This document shows positions 1 through 14,200 of a DNA stretch of 64,000 nt, in pieces (position 1 is the first letter of the stretch; every line of letters begins with the position of its first letter). Position numbers and translations under genes: made by a program. Source of the DNA: Aplysia californica. Lineage: Eukaryota. The stretch is from contig NW_004797283.1 of the NCBI RefSeq assembly GCF_000002075.1, forward strand, positions 2,892,860 through 2,956,859, in the 5' to 3' direction. A model generated the notes under the pieces. That model saw nothing but the letters and a program-made list of their open reading frames with translations. It did no database searches and had not been told where the DNA came from.

Positions 1-38
<38 letters not shown>
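1..38. repeat. (GA)n microsatellite
   Basis: Seen directly. Confidence 0.95.
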
Positions 39-42
<4 letters not shown>

Positions 43-927
43 AGACAGATAGTAGTCAATGAAGTACATGTACATTCGAGCCAGGTGTCCTTAACGGCCA
101 AAGGGGAGTAACTGCTAAAATAACATAATATCGTATAAATAGAAGGGTAGCTCACAGAATTCTACATTAAGGGAAGTGTAGAATTCTCTAAGTTTTTGTT
201 GTTTTTTGTCGCTTACATAATCGTATTCGTATGCTGTTATTCTATCTTGCTGTCCCGTTGACTAGATTATAATAAAAGAACAGATTTATATGTCTTGAAA
301 TCGGTCTGTTGTGCTGGTAACGTAAATTTATCTCAGCGTCACATTCTAAAGATCGAGGTAAACGGATGGTAATGAGGAAAGTTTTACCATAGATTTCCCG
401 AACCAAACTCCGGACAGCTGATCCTGCAGAGTTTCTCATTACCCTGTGATTATAATTATACAACGTGTTAACAGTTATGAGATCGTCACAGAGGATGATG
501 GGTGTTTGTATGCTTCCTAGGAAGTTGAGGTTGTTTCAGAACGTTCTCAGGTCTGCTGGGGTAATACTAGTAATAGTAGTCCTATAGATTGTGAAGCGCA
601 GAGAGCTTGCTGTTGAGCGGGGATTTTGCGCTATACAAATAATATCTACTATTTAAAAAATTATTAATATTATTAATAACTGTTTTGATTATTAATATTG
701 TTAATAACTGTTTTGTTTGTTTGAGCTTTTTTGGTGGGTTTTTTTGTGGAGGGGGGGTTGTTTATTGTTTTTATGCTAAAAAGACGTAACTCTGATCTGA
801 ACTTTTGTTTTGTTCGGGTTTTTCAAGTTTTAGTACAATGTAAGTGAAGAGTTTGACGACACTTGCAACACAAATAGACCATTATTAAAGTGCCAGATAT
901 TGGAGGGGCTCCTACGAGTACTGTATA

Positions 928-1369
928 CTCATCATCATCATCCAGTGCCAGATCTGCGACAGACATCGGCGATCATGGTTTTCCATTCATTCCAAATGAA
1001 TGTACATTGTACTTTTCCATGACTATTCTTGGGTATATTACAGCAGTGGTTTCCCGTTGCCTACTGCCGGTTTGTGTACGGTTATCTTTGCTAGCCTTTG
1101 TCATCCACCGACAACCCACAAGGCGGTGGGGGCTTTGGTAGGATTTATGGCGCCTCCCGTCGCCAAGATGGTCCTTTCGTCGAGTGTGTGAGGTATTTAT
1201 TAAAGCACCTGTGCCACCAGGGTTCCCCTCTACTCTCCACGACCATCTCCCATTTGGTTCGCCACTGCATAGCAGCTAACCTCCATATCTGGAGGCCTTT
1301 CCCCTATCCACCACCTGGTGACGCGCTGGGTTGGGTATGAGGACCCAATTCTAAATCTTAATACTTCCC
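928..1369 (-). mobile_element. Non-autonomous bipartite RTE-related retroposon
   Basis: 11-bp TSD AGTACTGTATA (917-927, 1370-1380); (GAT)n tail; last ~60 nt identical to the RTE 3' end at 49540-49596. Confidence 0.7.
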
Positions 1370-1599
1370 AGTACTGTATAGTATACGCATAAAAATGGAT
1401 CTTCGTCTGTGTGCTGGGGTGCTGTGTCCAACTCAGCCCGGGGTTGGGCCTGGCTGCCAGAGTCGTCGGAGGCCGCCTTCTAAACTACTGAACTACACCT
1501 AGTTTGTGTTAAAGGTGACGTAAAGCAATTGCAATAAAAACTTAATGATCATGTATAAAACCTCTGGGCCAGGTGGCCAGCTCTCACAATACATGTACA

Positions 1600-1935
1600 T
1601 GTGGCGTCGGTGGCCTAGTAGTTAGGCTCTCGGACTCGCAACCGTAAGGTCGTGGGTTCGAATCCCGTCAGGGGCCCGACGTTGTGTCCTTGGGAAAGGC
1701 ACTTCGCACAAATTTTCCTCACTGCACCCAGGTGGAAATGGGTACCCAGCTATAGACAGTGAAAGATCTTCTCAGTTTGATAGTGTTTGAGCGCGTTAAA
1801 TCCGCAGCTTGCACTGTATGCTTCCGCGGAAGCTGAGAATGTTTCTGAGTCTTCTCAGAGGGTCTGCTGGGGTAATAATAGTTGTAAAGCGCATAGAGCA
1901 AGCTCTTGAGCATGGATATGCGCTATATAAATGCA

Positions 1936-1966
<31 letters not shown>
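1600..1966 (+). mobile_element. tRNA-derived CORE-like SINE with L2-like 3' tail (full length); other copies or fragments at ~505-650, 6715-6915, 23545-23640(-), 49514-50090, 55970-56300, 62330-62430(-)
   Basis: A box TGGCCTAGTAG, B box GGTTCGAATCC, core TGTGTCCTTGGG...CACCCAGGTGGAAATGGGTACC, tail TGTAAAGCGC...GCGCTATATAAAT(TAT)n. Confidence 0.85.
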
Positions 1967-1967
<1 letters not shown>

Positions 1968-2595
1968 CTGTTTGTTTCACTGTTTGTGTTCCTCAGGGCA
2001 TGGAACCTGTGAAACCTAGTTAAGGACGATGAATGTTTGACAGGAAAGAAGCAGCAAATCCCACCAGAGCACCCAACAACCACTCACTAGTAAAAGTTTT
2101 GAGGCACTGGAAACACAATTAGGTGATTAAAGGTGCCGAAAATTAAAAGTGTTACAAGCCAAAAGGAGAGACCCAGCAAGGAGAGCCAAGATAAAACAAG
2201 AATGGAAAGAAAAAAGAGGACGACACAATGAAGATAACGACAAAAAAAAATAAATAAAAAGGGAACAAATATATTTTTTCTTCATTGTTTCCATCCAGAC
2301 CCACGTACATTTACACATACCACAACATTTCAGTACAGTGACACGAACCATAGAAGAATCTGTTTACACTTTTTTTCCAGTAAAACTTTTACTGCACTTC
2401 CAACACAATAAGGTCATATAAGTGTCGTGCCGAAGAATAGATGTGCTTGTTTCAAGAGAGTAACACACACAAAAAAGAAGGAAGAGAGATAGATAAGGAC
2501 AATAGATGTTCGTTCGATAGGAAAGAAGGAGCAAACCACACCAGAGCACCCGCCAACCACCTGCTCAAATCCTGTTGTGAAGTGTCAGAGACAAT

Positions 2596-3035
2596 TGTGA
2601 GGCAGCGTGGTGGAATCAGGCTCTCGTCAATTTTTGGGCATGTAGAGTTATTGGTATCATCTTAAAGCTTGTTCATTTGTCTTGCTTTCAATGAAAAAAT
2701 TATCCATCCATCTTCAATAGAAGTGGAGATATTTTGGATTGAAGGAGGTGGGGGTCACCTGGTTTAAGAGGTAAAATTAGCGAGAAAATGTCCGCCAAAA
2801 CTTGGAAAATTCCAAAGCTGAAGAGTCCATGGAAACTGTAAATTTATATTTTCGTTCCTTTAATAATCAACGTTTTCGGTGAAATCCTCAAAGGAATGTG
2901 TTTGTAAATGAACATAAAAGGTCTTGAGCCAAAAAACAAAAATTGGACAAAAATTGCTAAGCAGGGAGAAAACTGCTTTTTTCTTCGATTTCATTATTTT
3001 GACGAGAGCCTCTGATTCCACCACGCTGCCTCACA
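2596..3035 (+). mobile_element. ~440-bp MITE (family D); other copies ~14237-14595, 22236-22423(-), 27489-28121, 51580-52016, 60332-60773
   Basis: ~35-bp TIRs TGTGAGGCAGCGTGGTGGAATCAGGCTCTCGTCAA; no ORF; multiple dispersed copies. Confidence 0.85.
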
Positions 3036-3118
3036 ATTGTAGACCTAAGGGAGTAACAGGGGAAAAAACAACAAAACAACAACTAGAACAACACACAGTG
3101 GAACATCACACAGTAAAT

Positions 3119-3369
3119 GGTCACTTATAAGCACAAAGGGGCTAACCCGAAAAATGCTGTTTTGAGAAAATCGAAGGTAAAGTTTTTGTCCCTTGTTCAG
3201 TTTCTTTGAAAGACAAGGAGAGTTTTCTCTATAAATAAACATATATATAAACACCATCAATGAAACCAAACTTCTCCTATAGGTAGGGCAATGTCCACTT
3301 TTGGTGTAGGTCAAGATTTCTGGAAACCCCCGAAATCTGGGTTAGCCCGCTTGTCCTTACAAGCGACCA
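3119..3369 (+). mobile_element. ~250-bp MITE (family E); copies at ~36257-36865 (interrupted) and 43686-43916(-)
   Basis: Imperfect TIRs TGGTCRCTT-TAAG-ACAA; three homologous copies in the window. Confidence 0.75.
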
Positions 3370-5464
3370 AATAATCCTATCCTGTAACATAATTATTAAG
3401 GACCTCACAACACACAGAGGTAGTAAATTCCTGGTAGAAAAATAAGAATCATAAAAATATGAATCACTCAGAGACTTGAAAAATTAGTACATGTATTATG
3501 TATGATTATATAAGATTATAAGACTGTCAATAGACGAAACTCATTAAAGTAAAGAATCTTGCGAGACAGAACACAAGGATTAACCAAATATATAATAACT
3601 CAAAATAACAATTGAAAGGAAAATTGTCTGATTCAGAAAAAGACATACGGAACATGAATCTCGTATAAACTGGATATATTATTTGTGTTTATGCCCTTAG
3701 AGCATCACTGTACAGATTTATTGTGAAAGGAAAAAGGAGCCAAGAATACAACTTGGAACAACATTATATCTGTACTTAAGAAGAAACACTGATTGGGGGA
3801 GGAGGGGGGGGGTGGAATGGTCCAAAGTGGCCTACTTTTTTTCCTTTTGTCTGCAGCATTTCTGTATAAATATGTGTTGGAGATATTGAAGAATGGCACT
3901 CATACGTAATGAGAAAAGCCTAGGAGTCTCAAATATCAGCAAAGACTATAACATAAACTTCACTTGAACTCTCCTGAAGAAAAATCAAACATAAAAATAA
4001 ATAAGCAAATTTAAAATATAAAATAAAGTTCACCGCCATCACAATTTAAAGGAACAAATAAAATGATACACTTAACTGTCCCAAAAGAGAAAACTCTTGA
4101 CACAGCAGGAAATACACTGTATCAAACTACACAAACATTTTTTTAAAATGCTGCAACAATCACTATATCTTAAAGTACTTTTTAAAAATATTTAAAATGA
4201 AGAAACATTTTTTGGTTGTCAGACAGAGACTGCACACACAGAACATAGCATGCCACTGATATGTCATGAACATTTACGAAATGAAGGTTACAATATAGGC
4301 AAGGGCTGGCATTTCATATATAAGATTTTAAAAAGAAACGATAAAAAAGAATTTAAAAAAAAACAACCCTGAACTATCCCGTCAAAAAATACAAAAAGTA
4401 GAGAAATCTCAAATATCACAAAGCGGTCAAAAGATATAATAAAACCTATGTACAACATTATGATGTTTTGCTCCTATGAATGGTGGTCACTAAAGCAGGT
4501 GGCTGCAATGGCAAGATTTAAAAAAAACAAACAATTCTTCTTCTTCGGAATATTTAAAAAAAAAAAAAATGAACAAACTCAAAACCTTTTTTTGAACTTA
4601 TAGCACAACACAAAATGGATAAGTAAAAATTAATTCATGTTGCAAGATTGCTGGACCTGTTGATATCAATACAACAAATTAAAGTTTCTTGTAGGAAAAA
4701 ACACACATGGTACAATCATACCCCCTTCCCCCCCCCCTCCACCCACGTAGTTCCCCCCCCCCCCCCTCTTACAACTTACAGAAATAGTATAAATAGTGAT
4801 TTAAAAATGCTGAAACACTCACTGCATTGTTGACCAAATGGAAAAATGTATGCTTCTTGTTTGTTTTAGTAAGAGTTTTACGGCACTTGCAACACAATAT
4901 AACGTCATATAAGTGCCGAAGATTAGAGGTGTTACAAGAGAGTAACAAACACAGAAAAGAAAGAGGGGAGATAAAGACGACAGATTTTATATAGGAAAGA
5001 AGGAGCAAACACACCAGAGCACCCACCAACCACCCATTGTATGCTTCTGATGATGGCAATGCATGTATCGTGGACTATGCAAAGTACCGTTACCAGAAAC
5101 AACACAACTGAACGCAGTGGACACAAAGAGAAAGGACGCAGTCAAAGGGAGGAAATAAGAATGAGTGTTTTTCATAACGCACCAAAAACACTTCACCGAG
5201 ACAAAAAAACATGAGATATATCTGAGACAAGAAAACATGAGATATCCGAGACAAAAAATCATGAGATATGTCGTAATCATCACCGTTGTTACGTAAACAT
5301 GATGAGCACCGTTGTTAAAAGTTGGTGAAAAATATGACACTCAAGACTTAACTTTCTCCAGACTTACTAATATCGTACAACAATTTTTTGCCAACAACTG
5401 GCCATAAGTAGAAGGCGCTGCATCATATGCAAGAAGTCATGCAGAGGTTATTTTTCTTTTTTTT

Positions 5465-5820
5465 ATAGTTGAGGGATTTACGGCACTCGCAACTGCATAA
5501 GGTCATATGAGCGCCAAAGGGTGGGAGTCAACAGAGAAGTCTTTACAGGGAATCAGACTTAGACTGCTCACCTCTCTAGCTTCAACAGCACAAGGTCTGC
5601 TTCGACTATTAAGGCACCCTAAAATAGCAGGTCACAAGAGAGTGACAAACATACAAAAGAAGTAGAGGAAAATGACAATAGTAAGGATCAGGAAAGAAAA
5701 AGCAGCAGTTCCCTGTTGTAGATCAGGCACAGTTATGAGCGTGACATGAGTCAGCCCATGTACAATTCTACTATGCTTGAACGAGAAATGTCCCCTCTTT
5801 GAGAATGGTCTAAAGACATG
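5465..5820 (-). mobile_element. Retroposon family B (~370 bp); copies at ~8818-9210(-), 41762-42131(+), 54672-54912(+), 54965-55330(-)
   Basis: Dispersed homologous copies ending GGCGCTCATATGACCTTATGCAGTTGCGAGCGC-GTAAAAC--TACTAAAACTAAA. Confidence 0.8.
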
Positions 5821-8088
5821 CAGAGGTTAAAAACCTAGAAACATGTACAGCCTCAACAGAAAAGTTATCAAATATCACTATGAGGTGACAACAGAAATAC
5901 TCGATGAGACTTCAAGTAAAGAGGCTGCTCAAGAAAGGCACGGTTTATGCATAAACTAATGCAACCATAACTTGTGACAACATCAAAGATTGACGTCACA
6001 AGACCGGGACAGTGTGAGCGGTATAAACAGAGAGACCAATAACATGAGTAAAATCAAAACTAAAGTAAAGGTAAATGTGGCAAATAAAAAACGCCAGGAG
6101 ATACAAATTTCTAACTACTCATAATTGTCTATAATTCCTAAATATACATTTTTCAATTTTCATCTGATTCACTATATTATTTGGTAGATGATGCTTTGAA
6201 AATAATTAATTAACAATTGTTATTGTGAAAAAATTAATCAAAATGTGCATCTATCAGTTCAGAGCTGGATTTCAAGATATGAAAGTTGGTAAACAGCCAA
6301 ACAACCAAATTTAGGGACATTTTCATGACAAGTGTCTCTAATTTTCAGTGATAAAGAAACGTTCTTTATTTTTCCCAACCGAGAGGGTAACAGACAGAAG
6401 ATGCATCCTATAAACAAATGTACAAATTTATTTATATATATATATATATATGCCGTATAAGAAAAATATTGCTACATATTCTGCATAAATAAAACGTCTC
6501 TAGCTTATAATAAAAAATGTTATACAGTACACCCTCAGTATAAAACCTCTGAGAACAAGAATGTAGCTGGTAGCAATGATCGCTATCCAGATACGCTGGA
6601 TACGTGGCAACCACAGAATGCTCTACTACTGAGGAAATACAGTGGAGTCAACTAAACTGAAAGAAAAATAGAATCCCTCTGGTTTTCATCTTGAGTAATC
6701 TTTCTAAACTTTCAGACAGTAAAAGATCCTGTCAGCTTGTTAGTGTTTGAGCGCTTAATCAGCTGCTTGCTGTATTCTTCCCAGGAAGCTGACAATGTTT
6801 CTGAGTGTTCTATGGTCTGCTGGGGTAAAAATATATATATATAGTGCAAAGCGCAAAGAGCTTGCTGTAGAGCGGGTTATGTGCTATAAAAATGCTATTT
6901 ATTATATTATTATTATTAAACTGAAAACACAGTGAAACCATACAAAATTTTGCAGTCCCACAGATTTCCATTTTAGTAGACTCCGCTGTAGTAAATGAAT
7001 AATTATCGGTAATAATATGCGATAAAATTATGTTTTGCGATATTGCGGAACAAACAAAATCTTGTCATTCTGAGACTTGTGCTCTGGATGGACCTGTAAA
7101 AAAGGCAAACCCCTAAAAACCTCGTTAAGTAGCTATAGCCAGTGGCAAGAACAGAAATCAACACATTTCAACTAAAAAGCTGAACCAAAGCCCATTCCAA
7201 CAAAAGATGGTAAACATACGGTTCAACCTGCTTTAACGGACACATATACAATACAATGGTGCGTACAAATGATCACTTCCCCTTTTCCCCATGCATTTTA
7301 TTTTACCACATGTCTAAGACAATCACTTTTCTCCTTCCTGGTGGGTAGCCATCTTGGACTATTTCGACCATACATTGTACATCCTCACCTCCATTCAATT
7401 GCAAAACATTCTAAACACGACTTGAAGAGTGAAAGGACACATACTGGTAGGATCAACAACTTATAAAAGCAATCTACGTTAAGAAGTCTTTTGTGGTGTG
7501 AAGCTCGAAACTTATAATCCCGTAACATATCAATATCATGTGGGAGCTCTATAACATAATGCGGTCATGAGCATTTGTAGTCAGATACAAGGTATGAGTA
7601 TTTGTTACTTTGAGGAAAAATTGAAAGTAAAACCTGAACCAGGCGCGAGCTGACACACTGGAATGTTCGCAGATGATGACTCGCTTCTCTTTTATCACAA
7701 TGCAGCCGGCATGAATATGATGACTAAAACAACACAGCTCTAGACAAAAAAGTCACTGACGTTTGCTCCTTGTACAAACAACACAATGAAATGTCCTACA
7801 AACTCTCAGTGTAAAACAAACAGCTTAAGGCTTTCATCAAAGTGAAAGTTACCATGCAACTAGCTATACAATCGGTAATCTTGTCAGCATTCTTATATTA
7901 AGAACATGATAAAACCTTTGGAATATGCTGTTACTCATAAAAGCTGTCATGCTACAGATCAATAATTCACCTGACCTAATTGCATTTTAAAGAATCACAT
8001 TGATGTGCTGCATAGTGCTCACTAAACACTTCCTTTCTGAGCATATTTTTGCCAATGAGCGAAAGATCCCAGGTGAAATGTGACCAAT

Positions 8089-8299
8089 TTAGCACTTTTT
8101 CTTTGCATTCTCTTTGATTGTCCTCACTTTCACATATGCATGGTAATAAAAATTGGAAAATAAAACAATCATGGTGACGCCATAGAACATGCTGTAGACA
8201 CAGAAGTGATGGTAGCGGTGTCCGTAAAATGCAATGATGAATCCAATGATGAACTGAAGTATCTGGATCTGAGTCATCTGCTTCTTCCACTTCGGGGGG
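8089..8299 (-). CDS. ELOVL terminal coding exon (PPKWKKQMTQIQILQF...KKKC*)
   Basis: Phase-2 join to the previous exon; WKK-x-x-T-x-x-Q motif, LFSNFYY, stop codon. Confidence 0.92.
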
Positions 8300-11200
8300 C
8301 TGTTGATGAAACAGGTTGAGACATGATACACTTCAATCAATGTAATGTTCCCAGAGTTAAAAAAATGGCGTCATGTGTCCTCTTGCTTTTTTTTATTTTC
8401 GTAAGAGTTTTACAGCACTTGAAACACAATAAGGTCATATAAGTGCCGGAGATTAGAGGTGTTACAAGGGAGTAACAAACACAAAAAAGAAGAAGGGGAA
8501 ATAAAGATGATAGATGTCTGATAGGAAAGAGGGAGCAAACCACACCAGAGCACCCGCCAACCACCCACGTGTGTCCTCTTGCTAAGGCAACACAAAAGAT
8601 AAATAGAACAGTGAAATCTGCCCTAACGACCACCTTGCCAAGAAAATCACCTGTACAAATGACCCATTCCATCAAGTTTCTTTTTCTTCAATATTTTAAT
8701 GACACTGTCCAAGGTATTCACCTGTCAAAGACAACCATTTTTTTTCTCAACAAGAGGTGGCTGTCTCCGACAATTTTGACTGTAATAAATTGCACTATAT
8801 TAAAACAAAACTTTTTTTAGTAAGGTTTTACGGCGCTCGCAGCTGCTTTTAGTTTTTTAGTTTTAGTAGAGTTTTTTACCGTGCTGCATAAGGTCATAGG
8901 AGCACCAAGGGGTGGGTGTCAACAGAGAAGTCCTTACAGGGAATCAGGCTTACTCTGCTCACCTCTCTAGCTTCAACAGCACAAAGTCTGCTTTGACTAT
9001 CAAGTCACCCACGAAATAGCGGGTCACAAGATTGAGACAAACATACAAAAAAAGTAGAGAAAAAATGACAATAGTAAGGATTAGGAAAGAAAAAGCAGCA
9101 GTGCAGGCACAGTTATGAGCATAACATTGATGAATCAGCCCATTTACAATTTTACTGAGCATAAGAAAGGTTAATATCCCTATCCCCCCTTTGGGAATGG
9201 CCTAAAGACTGCCGGNNNNNNNNNNNNNNNNNNNNNNNNNNNNNNNNNNNNNNNNNNNNNNNNNNNNNNNNNNNNNNNNNNNNNNNNNNNNNNNNNNNNN
9301 NNNNNNNNNNNNNNNTCTTTTTTTAACTTTGTTTTGGTCAATTTGATCGTCCACACCGATAGACAGTATTCAGAAAGAGACAGAAAGAGAGAGAAGAGGG
9401 GAGGAGTTGATCTTGCGAGAACTTCCGGGCGGGTGAGAATAGCCACTTTCAATGCGCAAACTACCGTAATTTTGTCATGAACAGATGGTATTACGGTGGT
9501 TTTCGGTCTTCCATCATGATTTTGGAAGCCATTTGAGTATTTATAACCTAGATCTAGATCTAGATCTAGATTAGATAGATTCTAGATCTAGACCTAGATA
9601 TCTAGATCTTGTTTTAAAGTGGTTGCTCGTTACGGAAAAAGGAATAAAATCAATTGAAGAATTTAATGTGCTAAAGTATAATATAAGATCACCCAACTAG
9701 ATCTAGATCTATCTTCCAGATCATGACAAATCTGCATTTTTTAAAACTCACATTTGCTGGATTCTGATAATAGGGGAAGATTATGGAAGGGTTTGGGTAA
9801 CCTTAACCCAAACTGTAACCTTACTATTATAATCTGAATAATAATAGGCTTCTAATAGCGTTTGTTTTGCGCTTTCACTCAAACAACAATCTCTGTGCTG
9901 GACAATTTCAGTGACGGTGGGTAGTGAAGGGCTCACGGGCTTTAGCCCCTACCTCCTCCCCACCCACCACCCCCGGCTACCCCAACTCTATCTGTCCCAA
10001 AGTAAACGAAAGTTTCTCCATAATGAAACAAGCAGTTGAAACCATTTTATGACCGTTTGCAGTGAACACAGAGTGATCAACTTGGCAGCTTGTTCGTTTG
10101 TCCAATCACTGGTCACCTCTTACAACTGTAGTAACCCAGCAGTCGACCAAATGTCTTTAGGGCTCAGCAAAGGATGAGCCCTTTCTCACGCCCGTCCTTT
10201 TAAAATGAAACTCTTTTTGTAAAAAAGGTAAAAAGAAGACTTGAAAAAAGAACACTGTACTGAGGGCTCACGCTCTCCCAGCCCTGACAATGGGGTAAAA
10301 TTTTGCCACACACTTTCCCCCAGTGACACAGCCTATATGCGCTCATTGGTTTTCTGTTGGGTCATTCAACTTTCTCAACTACATGGCCTAATCCAGCTCA
10401 TGATGGAAGCAATATGTTTGAAGTGCTGTGTGTGCATGTTTGTGTTTGTGCTGCTGAGATTTAACTGTTTTAAACCAGGTCGAACTACTTTAAAGGCTAC
10501 TTTATCTTCACTTGAAAATTAATTAGAAGGAATTTGGAGGTGAATCGGCTTCGTCCCCGCCATCAACAAGAATTTAACTCTAAGAGTAAAGAGATGGAAA
10601 ACAAAGGTGACTCTTCTCGTATGAATGGTTCTCAAAATGCCGTGGCTCACCGTGAGAATAGAAAAATCATCACTGTTTAGTTCTTATTGCTTGCTATTTG
10701 GGGGGGGCTAAACCAAACATGTGCACATACACACGTACGCAAAGAAGGAAAGACACATGATACCAAACATGTTTCCTCTTTGTTTGAGTAACTGCCTGTC
10801 TCGGGGAAATAATTAATCTCAACGATATGAAATTAACAAGTTACTGTCAGCCAATACTAAGACAGGCAGTTAGCTCAAAAGTCATTTGTCCATCAGACAT
10901 GACTAAAGACTCACCTCAAATTGAGATTAAAATTTTGCCTTAAATTTTACTACCGATATAAAAAAAGTGAAGAAGAATAGCAGCATGCTGGTGTGGTAGC
11001 AGCTTCTATTTTTGCAACATGAGTTAAAGGAATAGTAATAAACTTTTTGTAGAGTTGACCTCCAGTAAAAAAGCTTTCAGCATGATAAAGTGGAGGCGTA
11101 TAATGCATGAGCAGGTAAGACAAGTCAGTTATATAAATATGGGATCTTAATTAAAGGCTTTTTCCTTATAAGACCGTTGCTGTAATGTTCCATAGAGTGT

Positions 11201-14200
11201 GTTGTCAATGTTAGGTCTCGGAAGGAGAAGGGTAGCTCTGATGTCATTAAGGGCTGTGTAGTGGAATAGGTGATGATCCACAGTCTCATATGCATAGGCA
11301 CACAAAGGACGCATTGGGGGAAGTTCCAGGTTTATTCTGTTCAGGTGGAAGTTGAGCTGTATATGTTCTGTTTGTAGGCGGAAGATCGTGGTCTGTTTCT
11401 TTCTCTGTATGAGGTTGAAATTGTCATTCCTTTGTCTCTTTGGTTAAACATTTTATATCACTGGTGACTCCCCAAAACCCCAGCATGAACACTTTGTATC
11501 AGATAGCGGGCAGATACATCTTCGCAATAAAAAGACATTATATATAAATGATATCAATGATATAAAGGACGGATTGGAAAACATGATGGACAAAGCTGAT
11601 ACATCTAGAAAAACTTGGAACTAATTATTTATGTCTGTTGCAAATTTGTAACATTCTCGCTATCATTTAAACAGGACGAATCAGTGTAATACTAATACTC
11701 ACTTGTGCGGGTTGACAGCTGTCATTTGAACAGGACGCATTACTGTAATACTCACTTGTAGAAGTTGACAACAGTCATTTGAACAGGACGTATTACTGTA
11801 ATACTCACTAGTAGAAACAGTCATTTGAACAAGACGTATTACTGTAAACTGTAATATTCACTTGTCGGGGTTGACAGCTGTCATTTGAACAGGACGCATT
11901 ACTGTAATACTCACTTGTAGAAGTTGACAACTGTCATTTGAACAGGACGTATTACTGTAATACCACTAGTAGAAACAGTCATTTGAACAAGACGTATTAC
12001 TGTAAACTGTAATATTCACTTGTCGGGGTTGACAGTGGTCACTGGAACAGGACATATTACTGTCGGGGTTGACAGCAGTCATTTGAGCGGGACATATTAC
12101 TGTAATACTCATGAACAGAGGATGTATCACTGTAATACTCACATGACAGCCGTTATTGGTACAGGACTTACTACTGTAATACTCACTTGTCGGGGTTGAC
12201 AGCGGTCATTGGAACAGGACATATTACTGTCGGGGTTGACAACGGTCATTTGAACAGGACATATTACTGTCGGGGTTGACAGTGGTCATTTGAACGGGAT
12301 GTAACAGTACAATACTCACTTGTCCGGGTTGACAGCGGTGAGCCCATAGTACAAGTAGAGGACGACGTGGATGAAGGAGTTGATGGCCAGGAATGTGGAG
12401 ATGGACGGCCACGGGTAGTACAGACGCGACAGGTCTGACAGCAGCAGCATGCTGGCGTGGTGGTACACGTGCAGGAAGGAGATTTGTCGTTGTCGGTGGC
12501 GCAGGACCATGAACACCGTGTCTCCCAACTCTATGACCTGAGGGACAGCAAGCAGGTGGTGTGTGACAAAGAGGAGATGTAAAGGAGCAGTTAATAGTGA
12601 TGATAAATAGATAATAATAAAGTTCATACCCAAACAAATAGCTTTTAATTCTTCACAACCAGCACCAAAAAATAAATCTATAAATCCATGCAGTGCAGAA
12701 TTACAATCAAAAGCATCAGGCTCTATCACCAACGGCTTTTGTCTTCATATGAGTAAAAAAAACCATACAACTCCCTGTACCTCATCATTTTAAAAACATT
12801 CAAAACCACAATTCTTTGGACAAACCTAGAGACACAATATAGGAAGGGGAAATAGGAAAAAAGTCAGGAAGAGAAAGACGTAGATTACTGTGACACTTTG
12901 TGGACTGACAGTATCAAGAATTCAGAGACATTTAGGAGGACATTAGGAGGTTGCTAAAATCTTTCTCCCTACACGGGACTCGTCAGTCTATGTCATGTAG
13001 ATTCCAAGACCTAGAAGACTTGGCTGGCTGATACTTTTGAGAGTTTAGTTTCAGTAAATGTTTCACAGCACTTGCAACACAATGAGGTCATATAAGTGCC
13101 GAAGATTAGAGGTGTTACAAGAGAGTAACAAACACTAAAAAGAAGGAGGGGAGATAAAGATGATAGATGCTTGATAGGAAAGAAGAAGCAAACCACACCA
13201 GAACACCTGCCAACCACCCACCTTTTGAGACTGGCTTTTTTCTAGAAATTTTGGCATCTTAGAGATAAGGGTAGACCATACTGCGAAAAAGCCAGCGGCA
13301 AAATCTGTGCACTGTACTGATACTAAAATAGGTAGTCTAAGGACACATGTGAGCCCTGCCAAAGAGAGTTGGTCAATCGCAGTGATTTCCATTGGTCCAG
13401 GTTTCTCTTCCACTCATGTAGTGAAAAAGAACAAGGAGTCAGGAACTTCCACAAGTAGAGTAGCATTTCTGAATCCCTTCTTTTTTAATCTTCAAGAGAC
13501 CTGGTTCTTATGTGGAGACCAAAGAGGCTAAAAAAAAACAACTGCAGCTCGCAGCAGTGCCCCCATTTATATGAATAATCTCCGCACAGGACACTTACAC
13601 ACAAACAAGCACATAAACAGAATTAACCCCATGCGGGAACCCCATTGCAGACACTGTGACAACCACGAGGAGACTGTTGAACATCTTCTCCTTCACTGCC
13701 TAAACCTGGCAGTTCATTGACACAGGCTCCTACACACACCTACAGACTTACAAAGCCTGCTCTACTCTGGAGTTGACCTGATGACAAGGACATGTAGTTA
13801 CTTGAGGGAGGCATTGTGCTACCAAGAGCGAAATGCTCACAGCTAAAGGGATTAGAAAACAACAACAACAACATAAATAATCTGAGCCCCCACCCCGCTC
13901 CCCACGAGCTCTAGTATATTCAACATCCCCCCCNNNNNNNNNNNNNNNNNNNNNNNNNNNNNNNNNNNNNNNNNNNNNNNNNNNNNNNNNNNNNNNNNNN
14001 NNNNNNNNNNNNNNNNNNNNNNNNNNNNNNNNNNNNNNNNNNNNNNNNNNNNNNNNNNNNNNNNNNNNNNNNNNNNNNNNNNNNNNNNNNNNNNNNNNNN
14101 NNNNNNNNNNNNNNNNNNNNNNNNNNNNNNNNNNNNNNNNNNNNNNNNNNNNNNNNNNNNNNNNNNNNNNNNNNNNNNNNNNNNNNNNNNNNNNNNNNNN

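Noticed and set aside
1603-1676. tRNA gene
   Set aside because: The tRNA-like head continues into SINE core and tail, and divergent copies are dispersed in the window.
10241-10522. Duplicated 93-aa ORF (also 20614-20895) as a gene pair
   Set aside because: Starts at TTG, has no recognisable domain, and is explained by the 1.38-kb duplication.
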